IMG/VR virus record: IMGVR_UViG_3300023174_000037
Length of the DNA stretch: 64,000 nt
DNA from: a virus
Taxonomy: Duplodnaviria > Caudoviricetes
Strand: one strand, 5' to 3'
Positions 23,679 to 33,530 of this stretch are shown piece after piece. A model generated the notes under the pieces. That model had not been told where the DNA came from. It was given only the letters and a program-made list of their open reading frames with translations, and did not search any database. Position 1 is the stretch's first letter. The number at the start of each line of letters is the position of its first letter. A program made the translations under genes and the position numbers.

Positions 23679-24994
23679 AGATATAAGCTCATGAATCCAT
23701 CAACCTTTTCGCCAATATAGGCAATTTGTTCTGGAGTGATAACTGGACTACATCCATGGAAGTAGGTGTTCTTCATGGTAAATGTGGCCACAGGATAGTT
23801 GTCACGTGCTGTTGCAGGATTCATCAAATGACTATATGCAGGTTGCAACATGATATTGCCAGCAAAGTAAGGGCGTGTTTGTATCAAGTTTTCTTCTAAA
23901 TAGTCAACAATGTCCATGCGAGAGAACGGAGCATCTGCACGTATGGTCAATGGAAATGCAAACCAACTGACATCGGCCTTGTCTCTAGCACGTGGCAAGT
24001 GGAAGAACTCCTCGTACTTTTCATAGATGGCAAACAATAGATTGTAGTTGCGTTGACGTAAAGCATGTATCTCTGGCAATTTTTTAAGTTGTTCAAGTCC
24101 CATTGCGGCTTGTAGTTCTATAGGTTTCAAGTTGTAACCAATTTCATCATACACATATTTGTGATCAAAAATCTGATCCGGCATCTCAGGAATCCACTCA
24201 TTGAATCGTTTGCCGCACGTGCCGCATTTTAACTTGTTGGCTTCGGGCCCTACACAATAGCAACCACGTCCCCATTCACGTAGGCTACGCACAATGATTT
24301 CTTGCTGTGGATCGTTCATGGCCACAAAGCCACCTTCGCCCATGGTCATGTGGTGTGCTGGATAAAAACTACACGACGCCATTAAACCAAAGCTACCCAA
24401 AGGTTTACCATCATAGTTGGTGCCAAGACCATCACAACAATCTTCAAGCAATACAAGATTATGTCGATTAACCAATTCCATCACACGATCCATATTGGGC
24501 GGATTACCTAACACATGTGCAAAGGTTATAATTTTGATTTCTGGATCATTGGCAAGTATTTGTTCTGCTTGATCTAGATCGATGTTTAAAGTATCAATTT
24601 CAATGTCGCAGAACACTGGTGTAAATCCATTTTGTAAGGTTGGATTAAGTGTGGTCGGGAAGCCGGCAATGGGCATCAACACTTTAGTGCCCGGTGGAAA
24701 GTTATAACCACGCTTGCTTTTCATTGCCGTCATCATCAGCAGGTTAGCACTGCTACCCGAGTTGGTTAACACTCCGCGAGTCTTGCCAAATTCTTGAGGG
24801 AACTTTTGTTCAAAGCGCAGGCTCTTGTTGCCCATAACCAACCACCCATTCAGCAAGGCTTCAGCGGCTGCCACATACTCACTAGAATCAAAATGTGGAC
24901 CTGCATAGTTAACAAAATCTTTACCAGCTACCCAGGTTTTGTCTGCTTGTTTAGCATCGATGTATTTTTTAATATCTTCTAATATTTGTTTCAT
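23675..24994 (-). CDS. rfbH: CDP-4-keto-6-deoxyglucose 3-dehydratase (RfbH/DdhC type)
   Basis: NSGSSANL, EDCCD, SFYPAHHMTMGEGG (His in place of the PLP Lys) and GRGCYC motifs. Confidence 0.88.
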   Translation of the reverse strand: MKQILEDIKKYIDAKQADKTWVAGKDFVNYAGPHFDSSEYVAAAEALLNGWLVMGNKSLRFEQKFPQEFGKTRGVLTNSGSSANLLMMTAMKSKRGYNFPPGTKVLMPIAGFPTTLNPTLQNGFTPVFCDIEIDTLNIDLDQAEQILANDPEIKIITFAHVLGNPPNMDRVMELVNRHNLVLLEDCCDGLGTNYDGKPLGSFGLMASCSFYPAHHMTMGEGGFVAMNDPQQEIIVRSLREWGRGCYCVGPEANKLKCGTCGKRFNEWIPEMPDQIFDHKYVYDEIGYNLKPIELQAAMGLEQLKKLPEIHALRQRNYNLLFAIYEKYEEFFHLPRARDKADVSWFAFPLTIRADAPFSRMDIVDYLEENLIQTRPYFAGNIMLQPAYSHLMNPATARDNYPVATFTMKNTYFHGCSPVITPEQIAYIGEKVDGFMSLYL

Positions 24995-25716
24995 AGTTGA
25001 ATACCTAGTTGATTACAAAGTTCTTTCATGATTTTTATTACTGCCTGGCTTCCACGACTACCATGAAAATGTAATATATGTGCTTGATCCATAGATAATC
25101 CGTTCCATTGATTATGCCACTCTATACTGCCTTGATCTAATGTTCTGAGATTCATAGCTTGATAAGCCATCTCTGGATGCAGTCTATCAGACTCATCAAT
25201 ATCTTGACTCCAGAACATAGCATTATGTCTTAGCTGATCAAATCCCCAATTACGGTCTGGATGAGTTTCTCTTTGAGTCAACCACTCTTCTCCAAGGTTC
25301 CATACATCGTCTGACATGGTATGTGGATAATATTGTATGTCATCGTTGAAATGATGTGCAAAATCTTTATAACTTCGTGGATCAGTATAATTGAACAATC
25401 GGTATTCCGGAAACCTACTGGAAAACAATTCTGTAGGTTTAATCATAAGCGTATCGGCACCTGCCCAAAATATGTTACAAGGTTCTTTGTGCCATAATTC
25501 TTTGATATCCAACCAATTTTGATAAGTGCAAGTATCGCTATTGGTGGCAGGATCTGTCCATACTACTGCTTCAAACGGTTCTTTTACAAAGTGTTGAAAA
25601 CTGGCCAATCTTAAACGATACATTTCTTGATAGTCCAAGTGCAGTTGTGAACTGTTTTGATTCATCCAATTTTCTGAAATAGGACGCACCGAACACACCA
25701 AATAGTTTTTTACCAT
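24991..25716 (-). CDS. Putative glycosyltransferase (GT-A-like)
   Basis: GADTL (DxD-like) and LHFHG motifs; sugar-cluster context. Confidence 0.55.
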   Translation of the reverse strand: MVKNYLVCSVRPISENWMNQNSSQLHLDYQEMYRLRLASFQHFVKEPFEAVVWTDPATNSDTCTYQNWLDIKELWHKEPCNIFWAGADTLMIKPTELFSSRFPEYRLFNYTDPRSYKDFAHHFNDDIQYYPHTMSDDVWNLGEEWLTQRETHPDRNWGFDQLRHNAMFWSQDIDESDRLHPEMAYQAMNLRTLDQGSIEWHNQWNGLSMDQAHILHFHGSRGSQAVIKIMKELCNQLGIQL

Positions 25717-26660
25717 ACAAAATTATTCCTATAGTAGTTGACTATCTGTTCTAGTTCTTGATCAAAATTGGCTGTAGGTAACCACCCTAGTTTTTTTAAT
25801 TTGCTGTCATCAATTGCGTAGCGAACATCTTGCCCTTGTCTGGCACTGAAAGTAGTAAATGTTTCCCAATTGTCGTTGTGCTCGACTCCGTAATATAAAT
25901 GTAATATTTTTTTAATCACTTCGCGGTTGGGCAATTCAGTATTGCCACTGATATTATATATTTCATTGGCACACCCAGCATCGATGATAGACATTACAGC
26001 CCTGGCAGTATCTGCGGCATGCAACCAAGTTCGTACCGGATTACCGTGATTGTGCAAATCAATTAATTTTCCTAATTCAAGGAACTTAATACTTTTAGGT
26101 ATAAGTTTTTCAACATATTGACCAATGCCATAGTTGTTGGTAGGACGCACAATTACATATTTAATGCCATAAGTTCTTGCCCAGGCCATGACCAACATGT
26201 CGGCAGCGGCTTTTGATGCTGAATAAGGATTGCTAGGTTTTAAAAGATCGGTTTCAGTGTGGGCTCCGGACTCGATATCTCCATAGACCTCGTCGGTTGA
26301 AAAATGCAACAGGATTGGTTGCCGTTGAACCGGTTGTTGTTTGATCAATTCCAACAAGCGATGCACACCATTGATATTACTACGCAGGAACACTTCAGAA
26401 CTCATGATTGAATTGTCTACATGAGTTTCGGCAGCTGTGTTAATTATATAATCACAGTCATGCAGTCGATCAAGATCGTTGATGTCTTTGTGTATAAATT
26501 TAAATGTATTGTATTTTTGAAACTCGTCTAGAAAATCAAAATTACTAGCATAAGTGCCCTTGTCCACACCAATAACATGCCACCCACGTTCTAGACATTG
26601 TCTTGTGACATGCACTCCTATAAACCCTAAACACCCAGTCACATATACAATTTTTTTCAT
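25710..26660 (-). CDS. rfbB: dTDP-glucose 4,6-dehydratase-like protein
   Basis: TGCLGFIG, AAETHVD, STDEVYG and YSASK motifs. Confidence 0.9.
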   Translation of the reverse strand: MKKIVYVTGCLGFIGVHVTRQCLERGWHVIGVDKGTYASNFDFLDEFQKYNTFKFIHKDINDLDRLHDCDYIINTAAETHVDNSIMSSEVFLRSNINGVHRLLELIKQQPVQRQPILLHFSTDEVYGDIESGAHTETDLLKPSNPYSASKAAADMLVMAWARTYGIKYVIVRPTNNYGIGQYVEKLIPKSIKFLELGKLIDLHNHGNPVRTWLHAADTARAVMSIIDAGCANEIYNISGNTELPNREVIKKILHLYYGVEHNDNWETFTTFSARQGQDVRYAIDDSKLKKLGWLPTANFDQELEQIVNYYRNNFVW

Positions 26661-26663
26661 TGA

Positions 26664-27485
26664 TTATTTGACCTTTAGTGTAAATTGACGCATTTGACTA
26701 TTAGGATCGTTGTTTCGCAAATGTTCCCATGGATCTTGTTTGCCTGCCTTGACACGATCCCACCAGTCTGACGCCACTCCTATACTTTTCAAGTATACAT
26801 GAATCATTTCAACTTCGTTCATGCGAAGAACTGACATGTTGGGATTATGAAAATCTCTAGGGTTGCTAGGATTACCTTCTAGTAATTCTCTTTCTTTAAA
26901 AGTGGCATCTAAATTGTTACCAGTTAGGTCAGCACGATCGTGCAACACGTTGATGTCAATGCGTTCCCAGATATCTAGTAGATAGGCGATCTGACTTAAC
27001 CAAGCATCAGTCATACTGTGTAAACTTAAATGACCTACAAGATCCAACCACCGCCTGGGCACTATGGGAAATATACTATAAGGATGATCGTTATGGGTAT
27101 GCACAGCCAACAACTTAAACTCGCCTGTGTGCTTGACTATTTCTAAATCCCAATTGTTGCTTTCCATTATGGCATCATCGTTCCAGAAAAATATCCAGTC
27201 TGCATCTGAATTTTTACTTAAAGTGTTAATGTATTCGTTAAGACGGCTGTATCCCAGCGGTTCAAATGTCATAGCAGTGTATGACACTCCTATCTCATCT
27301 AGCTGAGGCTGTAAGGATTCTTGAAAATGGGCAATGCCCACGGTGTCGTCGGTGTCTAATCCCAACAACACTTGTATCGTGTCTAGATCTGCGGCTTTTT
27401 CAAGCAGGCCAATAAGACTACGTGTCAGGGCTTTTGTTCGACCTCGGGTGGGCAATACGATTGCTATTTTGTATTCATGTGGCAT
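26664..27485 (-). CDS. Glycosyltransferase family 2-like protein
   Basis: LPTRGR, GLDTDD and WNDD motifs. Confidence 0.7.
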   Translation of the reverse strand: MPHEYKIAIVLPTRGRTKALTRSLIGLLEKAADLDTIQVLLGLDTDDTVGIAHFQESLQPQLDEIGVSYTAMTFEPLGYSRLNEYINTLSKNSDADWIFFWNDDAIMESNNWDLEIVKHTGEFKLLAVHTHNDHPYSIFPIVPRRWLDLVGHLSLHSMTDAWLSQIAYLLDIWERIDINVLHDRADLTGNNLDATFKERELLEGNPSNPRDFHNPNMSVLRMNEVEMIHVYLKSIGVASDWWDRVKAGKQDPWEHLRNNDPNSQMRQFTLKVK

Positions 27486-27535
27486 AGTGCGAATATTTAT
27501 ATACGTATATTATTACGCAAATAAATCTGTGTTGA

Positions 27536-27736
27536 TTACCAATGACGTATAACGCCGGCTACAATAAAACAGTTAGTGATAATGTATGTTAATAAAACTA
27601 CGGTGCGAATGTAGGCAACACGATCTGCGTCCAAATCAGTATTGCCTGCTTTATCACCTAGTGCTTTGGCCCATAAGCGCCAGAATTGTTTAACCTTCGT
27701 ACGTAGCCGAATTAGCACCATGTTCGAATACTTCAA
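27536..27736 (-). CDS. Small membrane protein
   Basis: LWAKALG..D.VA.IRT...NCFIVAGVIRHW. Confidence 0.55.
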   Translation of the reverse strand: MKYSNMVLIRLRTKVKQFWRLWAKALGDKAGNTDLDADRVAYIRTVVLLTYIITNCFIVAGVIRHW

Positions 27737-28175
27737 CTGATTTAACTCTTACTGTGGGATTGATTGGATAGCGCATGTCACCACTAGCTAAAAGTTCTGC
27801 CATTTTGTCGTAACACATTTTGGCAAACATTTCACAGCCTACACCTGGCACAATACGTAGATCGCAAATGCCACTGTCGTTGAATCCACCTTTGATTTGG
27901 TTCATTTCTTTAAAAAACTCAATTTGAGGATCATCCTCAGCAACAACCAATGTGTGATCAAACATCGAGTCTGCCCATGTTTTAAATTCTTTAAGACCGC
28001 CAAAGTCCATACACCAGTTTTTGTCATCCAGTGTGTCGCATTCAAAGATTAGTTTGATGCCAATTGAGTAACCATGCAGTGTTGAACAGTGGCTATGAGT
28101 GGCACGCCATTGTCTAAAACAGCATGACAGTCCTCTGTCGTTTCCGTAAGTTTTTGTTGAATAATACTTTGCCAT
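27690..28175 (-). CDS. queD: 6-carboxy-tetrahydropterin synthase
   Basis: SHCSTLHGY, MDFGGLK, FDHTLVV and E motifs. Confidence 0.9.
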   Translation of the reverse strand: MAKYYSTKTYGNDRGLSCCFRQWRATHSHCSTLHGYSIGIKLIFECDTLDDKNWCMDFGGLKEFKTWADSMFDHTLVVAEDDPQIEFFKEMNQIKGGFNDSGICDLRIVPGVGCEMFAKMCYDKMAELLASGDMRYPINPTVRVKSVEVFEHGANSATYEG

Positions 28176-28193
28176 TTGTTTCTCCTATGTTAG

Positions 28194-28222
28194 ATTATAG
28201 CATAGGCGGCAGAATTTGTAAA
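28194..28222 (-). promoter_or_regulatory. sigma70 promoter for queD
   Basis: TTTACA-17 nt-TATAAT. Confidence 0.7.
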
Positions 28223-28250
28223 GCGGGATGAACGCCAGAGACCGCTGGGT

Positions 28251-28490
28251 TTATTTTTTCTTGGCTGGCGCTGATTTTCTAGCTGACTTGGTTTCTGTGG
28301 TATCAGCAGTTGAATTAATCAATTGTTCTAATGTATCAAGAGCCTCTGTGGTAACAAACATCTGCCAGAGTTGATTTCCGGTAGCAGAAATGGGTGAGAA
28401 CTTAAATTCGATCACTGAATCATTTTTTAATTGTATTTGGAAGGTACGTTCTTGCGGCGTATTTAAGTTTACTGTGCGGAGGTTAGTCAT
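28251..28490 (-). CDS. Hypothetical protein
   Basis: ORF track. Confidence 0.65.
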   Translation of the reverse strand: MTNLRTVNLNTPQERTFQIQLKNDSVIEFKFSPISATGNQLWQMFVTTEALDTLEQLINSTADTTETKSARKSAPAKKK

Positions 28491-28514
28491 GTTGTGTCTT
28501 TCGTTATGATGAAT

Positions 28515-28673
28515 TTATTTATTGTCTTTATTTGCGGTGTTAGTGTTTGTAGGCTGTACCTCAGCCTTGTCAAACACAGGGTTGATATAGGGTTCCACTA
28601 CTGTTTTTTGTGCAACTCCCCAGCCCACCGCTGAAAAGAAACCAACTACTATCCATGTTGCAACTAATACCAT
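28515..28673 (-). CDS. Small membrane protein (52 aa)
   Basis: Manual translation MVLVATWIVVGFFSAVGWGVAQK... Confidence 0.5.
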   Translation of the reverse strand: MVLVATWIVVGFFSAVGWGVAQKTVVEPYINPVFDKAEVQPTNTNTANKDNK

Positions 28674-28686
28674 TTTATCATTGCCC

Positions 28687-31302
28687 TTATTGAAACGTGT
28701 ATCTATATTCGGCCATTGCTCGATACTGTCCTGTTTGTGTAGTCATTCCTGACAATCTATAACTGTTATGTCGATCAATAACTCCAGTGTATAGCGCACG
28801 AATATACGGAGTGGTCTGACTTACTACACCCATCTTAGTATTAGTATATACTATATTGCCAGCATTGTCAACACCGGTTGGTATAGTAGCGGTTATACTA
28901 CCGCTTAATACTACCGGTTTCACACCCACATAAACACCAAGATCTCCAAATCCTACCTCATTGTATCGGTAACCGGTTTCAGCCCATGCCGCCATAATTG
29001 GACTTACATCAGTTACAATGCCGGATTTAAAATTAGTAGTGGTCATCATAAGTGCGCCTTGCATACTAAATCCATTCTTTCTATAGGTCATCACTTGTTC
29101 TACGGTGCTACTATTATTAACCGAACCAAACGATCCAGTGAAGTTTAACCATGGATTGGTATTCAAACTGGTAAACTGTGTTCCGGTAGAGAAGTTGCCA
29201 CTTTTATAAATTTCTGGTAAACCAAAACTCCATTGTGTTGGTCTAGGCACACCTATATACATACCTTGAGTTGATTGATCGCCAAATTCTTTTGGTAGTG
29301 GAGGAGGGCCGATAGTGTTGAATTGATTACGAGTTTCAGCTCCTAATCTCATGGCCATTCCTTGCTGGTTATACACAGTGTTGGTGTTGCCATTCAACAT
29401 ATACTCAGTATGGCTGGTAAGATTATGTTGGTCAATGTGTTCTGTATTAAATGTAAAACCATTGGGACCAACTGAGCTGCTGGTTCCAAAGTTCAAACTG
29501 TAATTGCGTCCTATCGAATCAAATGCCTGCATCTGGTTTAGTCCTGACATATTAACGCCAGAAACACTGCCGGTCAATCCGCTCAATGGTATCGCACCTG
29601 ACTTGGTAGCAATACTCAGTGCGCCTACTGGACTTAACAGTTTGTCCGGATTTAACACTAGGCCTGCGCCAGCATCAGTCATATAACTGCTGGAAGTTTG
29701 TGCCAGAACCTGATTTACTTGTGCTGGACTCATCCAGGGCCATGTTGCCTTGACTGCATTGAATGCGGCCTGTGCTGTAGTGGTGTTTAGATTTGTACCC
29801 ACAAGACTCAAATATGTGGCCATTCTTACTGGACTTGTGGCATCAGTCTGATATTGCAAGGTGGTCACAAGATAAAGATTTTTACTAGCATCTGTAACTA
29901 CAGCTACTTGATTGCCTCTATTGCCAGTGCCAGCAATCAAGTTGGCCTGACTTGCAAAATCAGTGATAATATTTTGAAATGCCGCCACATAAGGTCCAGT
30001 AGCACTTTGTTTAATTAAGAATTGTGTGCTACTATTTGTTCCAGACCAATCAGTTCCGCTTACAATCATGCTCTTAAAGCCGTTACCAAGATCTACAAAC
30101 TGTGGACGGTAAGTGCCGTGAGTATTGGTGTTATAACCTTTTAACATAGTAGCGGTTACATCAGTAAAATTACCCGCACCATCATTTTGTAAAAATTGTA
30201 TAGCTGATTGTTTCACACCACCACTGGTACCAGGCGAGCTGAACAAAATTAAACTTTGATTGCCACTGGCATTAAAGTCATAATTTATGACCAAATAATT
30301 GTGACTGCTATTGCCCAGGATCGGAGCCGGTAAATCTTTTGCCCAATTGATACTGAGTTTATTAGTAGTTGAATCTATCGCCCAGGTATACATTTTAGTA
30401 GTGCTACTACCACATCCATTCCACCCGGTGTCGCCAACACATGCTCTACTGTCGGTGGCTACCAACTGAGTCTTTCCATTATTTAAAAAGTCAGCGGCCG
30501 CAATACTAGACGTACCCCAAAATAGATCGTTGTTGCCTCGGGCTTGATATACTGTAAAACCGTTTACACGATTATTCATTAAGAATGTAGTGTTTGGGCC
30601 ATAGTCAGTGATAATAGCATCTATCCAACCTGTTTTGGTCAAGTCAGCCATCGTGGTGCCGTGCCCCCATACCTGAGCACCAAGTTCTATAGTGCTACGA
30701 GTAAATTGGCTTCCGTTGTTTCGAAACAACCAGGCTTGGCTGGATCCAGTTGGACCATAGTAGTTCATGTCAGTGGACGCACTGACCAACATATCAGTTC
30801 GTCCAGACTTAAAAAAGTCAGCAAACTGAATATTAGGATCTGTTCCTAAAATTGAGTTACTACCAGCAGTGAACCATGTGGCGGTGTCGTTGACAAAACT
30901 TCCGTTTTTCCAAGTGAATAATTGTATGCTACTGTTAACCCACTCGCTACTAGTAGCTGGCTGACTCATACGCCCGGCTACAATCATACTGTCGGTGCCA
31001 TTGCCGGTCAAGTCGTTTACTACATATTGTTGACTAACCGCAGTTTTAGTAGAATCACTGGTGTAAGGATTAAATGTGCTGACCTGAGCAGGAGTAGCAT
31101 AAGGAACTGTGGTTCGAGTCCCAGGAGTAAAACCGTAACCGGCCAATGTTCCAGAACTATAATATGGATTGTCTGGTTTAATATACGGATTGCCACCTCC
31201 GCCACCACCACCACCGCCACCTCCACCACAGGCTGTGAGTAAGAAAACAACCGACACAGCAACGGCTATAGACGTCTGTCTAATCACACGCTGTTTTTTC
31301 AT
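28687..31302 (-). CDS. Lipoprotein with FG-GAP-like repeats and a probable C-terminal beta-barrel (autotransporter-like)
   Basis: Lipobox LTAC followed by poly-Gly; repeated D(F/L)xxxGxxD motifs; alternating C-terminus ending YRYTFQ. Confidence 0.7.
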   Translation of the reverse strand: MKKQRVIRQTSIAVAVSVVFLLTACGGGGGGGGGGGGNPYIKPDNPYYSSGTLAGYGFTPGTRTTVPYATPAQVSTFNPYTSDSTKTAVSQQYVVNDLTGNGTDSMIVAGRMSQPATSSEWVNSSIQLFTWKNGSFVNDTATWFTAGSNSILGTDPNIQFADFFKSGRTDMLVSASTDMNYYGPTGSSQAWLFRNNGSQFTRSTIELGAQVWGHGTTMADLTKTGWIDAIITDYGPNTTFLMNNRVNGFTVYQARGNNDLFWGTSSIAAADFLNNGKTQLVATDSRACVGDTGWNGCGSSTTKMYTWAIDSTTNKLSINWAKDLPAPILGNSSHNYLVINYDFNASGNQSLILFSSPGTSGGVKQSAIQFLQNDGAGNFTDVTATMLKGYNTNTHGTYRPQFVDLGNGFKSMIVSGTDWSGTNSSTQFLIKQSATGPYVAAFQNIITDFASQANLIAGTGNRGNQVAVVTDASKNLYLVTTLQYQTDATSPVRMATYLSLVGTNLNTTTAQAAFNAVKATWPWMSPAQVNQVLAQTSSSYMTDAGAGLVLNPDKLLSPVGALSIATKSGAIPLSGLTGSVSGVNMSGLNQMQAFDSIGRNYSLNFGTSSSVGPNGFTFNTEHIDQHNLTSHTEYMLNGNTNTVYNQQGMAMRLGAETRNQFNTIGPPPLPKEFGDQSTQGMYIGVPRPTQWSFGLPEIYKSGNFSTGTQFTSLNTNPWLNFTGSFGSVNNSSTVEQVMTYRKNGFSMQGALMMTTTNFKSGIVTDVSPIMAAWAETGYRYNEVGFGDLGVYVGVKPVVLSGSITATIPTGVDNAGNIVYTNTKMGVVSQTTPYIRALYTGVIDRHNSYRLSGMTTQTGQYRAMAEYRYTFQ

Positions 31303-31335
31303 ATAGTTACTCTAAGAATAATTGATCGTACAACT

Positions 31336-31364
31336 ATTATAGCAGATAACTATTTTTGGGTCAA
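31336..31364 (-). promoter_or_regulatory. sigma70 promoter
   Basis: TTGACC-17 nt-TATAAT. Confidence 0.75.
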
Positions 31365-31687
31365 TCTCGTTTTAGATACTGTAGTTTATTAGCAACACCG
31401 GTCCATTTTTCATGTTCGGGCATGGCGTCTTTGGATTTGGTAAGAGGCTTCCATAGTCGAGCTAATTCGGCATTGATCTCAACAAACTGTTTTTGGTCTT
31501 CTGGAACATCATCAAGAGCATAGATAGCATCTTCTGGACATTCTGGAACGCACACAGCACAGTCAATACATCCGTCAGGATCAATGGCTAGAAAGTTTGG
31601 ACCTTCTACAAAACAATCCACTGGACAAACATCTACACAATCGGTATGCTTACAAAGAATACATCCTTCTGTTACAACATAGGTCAT
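31361..31687 (-). CDS. fdxA: 7Fe ferredoxin (FdxA type)
   Basis: MTYVVTEGCILCKHTDCVDVCPVDCF...CIDCAVCVPECP. Confidence 0.93.
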   Translation of the reverse strand: MTYVVTEGCILCKHTDCVDVCPVDCFVEGPNFLAIDPDGCIDCAVCVPECPEDAIYALDDVPEDQKQFVEINAELARLWKPLTKSKDAMPEHEKWTGVANKLQYLKRD

Positions 31688-31908
31688 GCTCGCTGGCCTT
31701 CGAGCCATTCATTAACACGTTGTTCGGCCTCTTCCTGACTAATAGCCGGAACAGTGATTTCTACTGGTCCGCCCATGGCGTGGTTCATCGTGTATGGAAT
31801 TGGATTACCATTAAAAATAATTTCTTCCATGTCTCGAAATACCAAAAACTCTTGTAGGTTTTTGGCACGTTCAATAGCCTGGTTGGCCATTATTTGTGGA
31901 TTGTTCAT
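31684..31908 (-). CDS. Hypothetical protein
   Basis: ORF track; coupled. Confidence 0.6.
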   Translation of the reverse strand: MNNPQIMANQAIERAKNLQEFLVFRDMEEIIFNGNPIPYTMNHAMGGPVEITVPAISQEEAEQRVNEWLEGQRA

Positions 31909-32053
31909 TGTTTGCCTTTCTCTCTTTGTGTTTTGCCAATGCGTCTGCGCTACGTTGTTGAAAGTCTACCATATTGTGATAGCCCATTTGATAGCATGGA
32001 CAATGTTTGCCCAATATCCAGCGGGCTAATCGGATTCTTAATTGTTGTATCAT
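31871..32053 (-). CDS. Hypothetical protein
   Basis: ORF track; coupled. Confidence 0.5.
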   Translation of the reverse strand: MIQQLRIRLARWILGKHCPCYQMGYHNMVDFQQRSADALAKHKERKANNEQSTNNGQPGY

Positions 32054-32475
32054 GCAAACACTTCCTCTTCTAAATAGCGTTTAAGTTCTTTGTCAGTAGG
32101 GTCAACGGTGTAATTGTTTTTGAAGAATATCTCATAACTGTCACTACCGTACTTGCCAATACCATATAACTCAGTAGCATCTTCCCCGTCCCACCGCCCA
32201 AAATCATAGCTCATCTCAACCAACCTTTTATAACGCACATTTACCATGCCCAGGCTCCATATCACATCCTTGATCTCTTGTTCATGTGCCCTTACAAACT
32301 TGCTGGGACTAGGCCAATAGTGCATGAAGATGGGGAATACTGTTTTGACAGGTTTGCGACCAGTCTGGTTCAACATGATCACTGCCACCATGTGTTGCCA
32401 GGCCGCTATCCGGCCCTCTAGGCCATCCGGCAACTGCTGTTGCACCATGAGATCATCACGCAAGGGTTGGATCAT
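32050..32475 (-). CDS. MBD4-like HhH-GPD DNA glycosylase
   Basis: IMLNQT, WPSP, LG...R and LYGIGKYGSDSY.IF motifs. Confidence 0.8.
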   Translation of the reverse strand: MIQPLRDDLMVQQQLPDGLEGRIAAWQHMVAVIMLNQTGRKPVKTVFPIFMHYWPSPSKFVRAHEQEIKDVIWSLGMVNVRYKRLVEMSYDFGRWDGEDATELYGIGKYGSDSYEIFFKNNYTVDPTDKELKRYLEEEVFA

Positions 32476-32651
32476 TGCGTTTTTTCACCTTGTATCAGCT
32501 CACCGGTGACCGCATTAACTCGTGCCCCAGATTCATTAATGTAGTAAGGCTGGCACATTTTGACACCATCCCAACGTTGTCCACACCAACACTCACCCGC
32601 TTCGTTTATAATACAAGTGCCACTATCGCAACATCTAGGATCTACATTCAT
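32472..32651 (-). CDS. Small Cys-rich protein (59 aa, MNVDPRCCDSGTC...CWCG...C)
   Basis: Manual translation; ATGA overlaps at both ends. Confidence 0.6.
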   Translation of the reverse strand: MNVDPRCCDSGTCIINEAGECWCGQRWDGVKMCQPYYINESGARVNAVTGELIQGEKTQ

Positions 32652-33457
32652 CTTGGGGCAAAGTCCTGTTGTAGTTTGATATTGTCCATGAACTCTTTCT
32701 TGGTTCCAGAGTCTGTGGCGAAGCTACCTTTTAATACTGTGGTCTGTGTCAGACTCGAGTGCGCCATAATACCGCGATTCTCACAACAACCATGCGTGGC
32801 CTGTATATACACACCTACATTCTCTGAGTCCGTGGCTCGCATTATTTCTCTTGCGATGTCGTTGCATAGTTCTTCTTGAAGTGTGCCACGACGAGCACAC
32901 CACTGAGCGATCCTAGTATATTTAGACAGGCCAATAAGTTTATTAGCGGCGATGATTCCGATGTAAGCAACACCAGACACAGGCTGGTGATGATGACTGC
33001 ACATAGAACGCAGTTCGCTACGAACAACAAGCATGCCTTCATATCTATCCGCTGAATCATTTGGAAAAGCTGTTGCATCTGGTGCTGGATCATATCGACC
33101 TCCCATAATTTCGTTGTAATACATCTTGGCCAATCGCTTGGCTGTTCCTCGACTATTAGGATCTGTTTCACGATCAATTAATAAGGTGTCTAAGACCTTC
33201 TCAAATGCTTCGGTGGCTTCGTTGATTAGGATTTCCTTATCACCTTCGTGCAAGTAGTCGCTAATGTTGTCACCAGCCCAGAAACGTTTGTTATCACGCT
33301 TCATCTTAAAGCGGATAGCATCTGCTAAGTTAGCTTCTTCGTAGCCTTTATCGCCGATTACAGCATCTTCGTAGCCGGGATGGTATGGTGCTTCTACAAC
33401 CAATTGATCTGCTTTCAATCTATCGAATGTATCTTGGCTTGTATTTTTATCTGTCAA
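32648..33457 (-). CDS. folE: GTP cyclohydrolase I
   Basis: SMCSHH, IGLSK..R, QE.L and HGC...RG motifs. Confidence 0.95.
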   Translation of the reverse strand: MTDKNTSQDTFDRLKADQLVVEAPYHPGYEDAVIGDKGYEEANLADAIRFKMKRDNKRFWAGDNISDYLHEGDKEILINEATEAFEKVLDTLLIDRETDPNSRGTAKRLAKMYYNEIMGGRYDPAPDATAFPNDSADRYEGMLVVRSELRSMCSHHHQPVSGVAYIGIIAANKLIGLSKYTRIAQWCARRGTLQEELCNDIAREIMRATDSENVGVYIQATHGCCENRGIMAHSSLTQTTVLKGSFATDSGTKKEFMDNIKLQQDFAPR

Positions 33458-33501
33458 TTATATTCTCCGAGTTATAGTCGTGGATGACCAGTATTGTTAC
33501 T

Positions 33502-33530
33502 ATTGTAACAGTTATTTAGATTTAAATCAA
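33502..33530 (-). promoter_or_regulatory. sigma70-like promoter with embedded CTAAATA
   Basis: TTGATT-17 nt-TACAAT. Confidence 0.6.

Noticed and set aside
28194-28246. Possible preQ1-type riboswitch/pseudoknot upstream of queD (GCGG/CCGC hairpin, RBS-covering CCTATG/CATAGG)
   Set aside because: The same bases form a TTTACA-17-TATAAT promoter whose transcript would start downstream of most of the structure, and no preQ1 consensus nucleotides were recognised. It remains possible only in read-through transcripts
31196-31230. Poly-Gly/GGN tract as a phase-variable repeat
   Set aside because: Mixed GGN codons encode a normal post-lipobox glycine linker; it is not a homopolymer run
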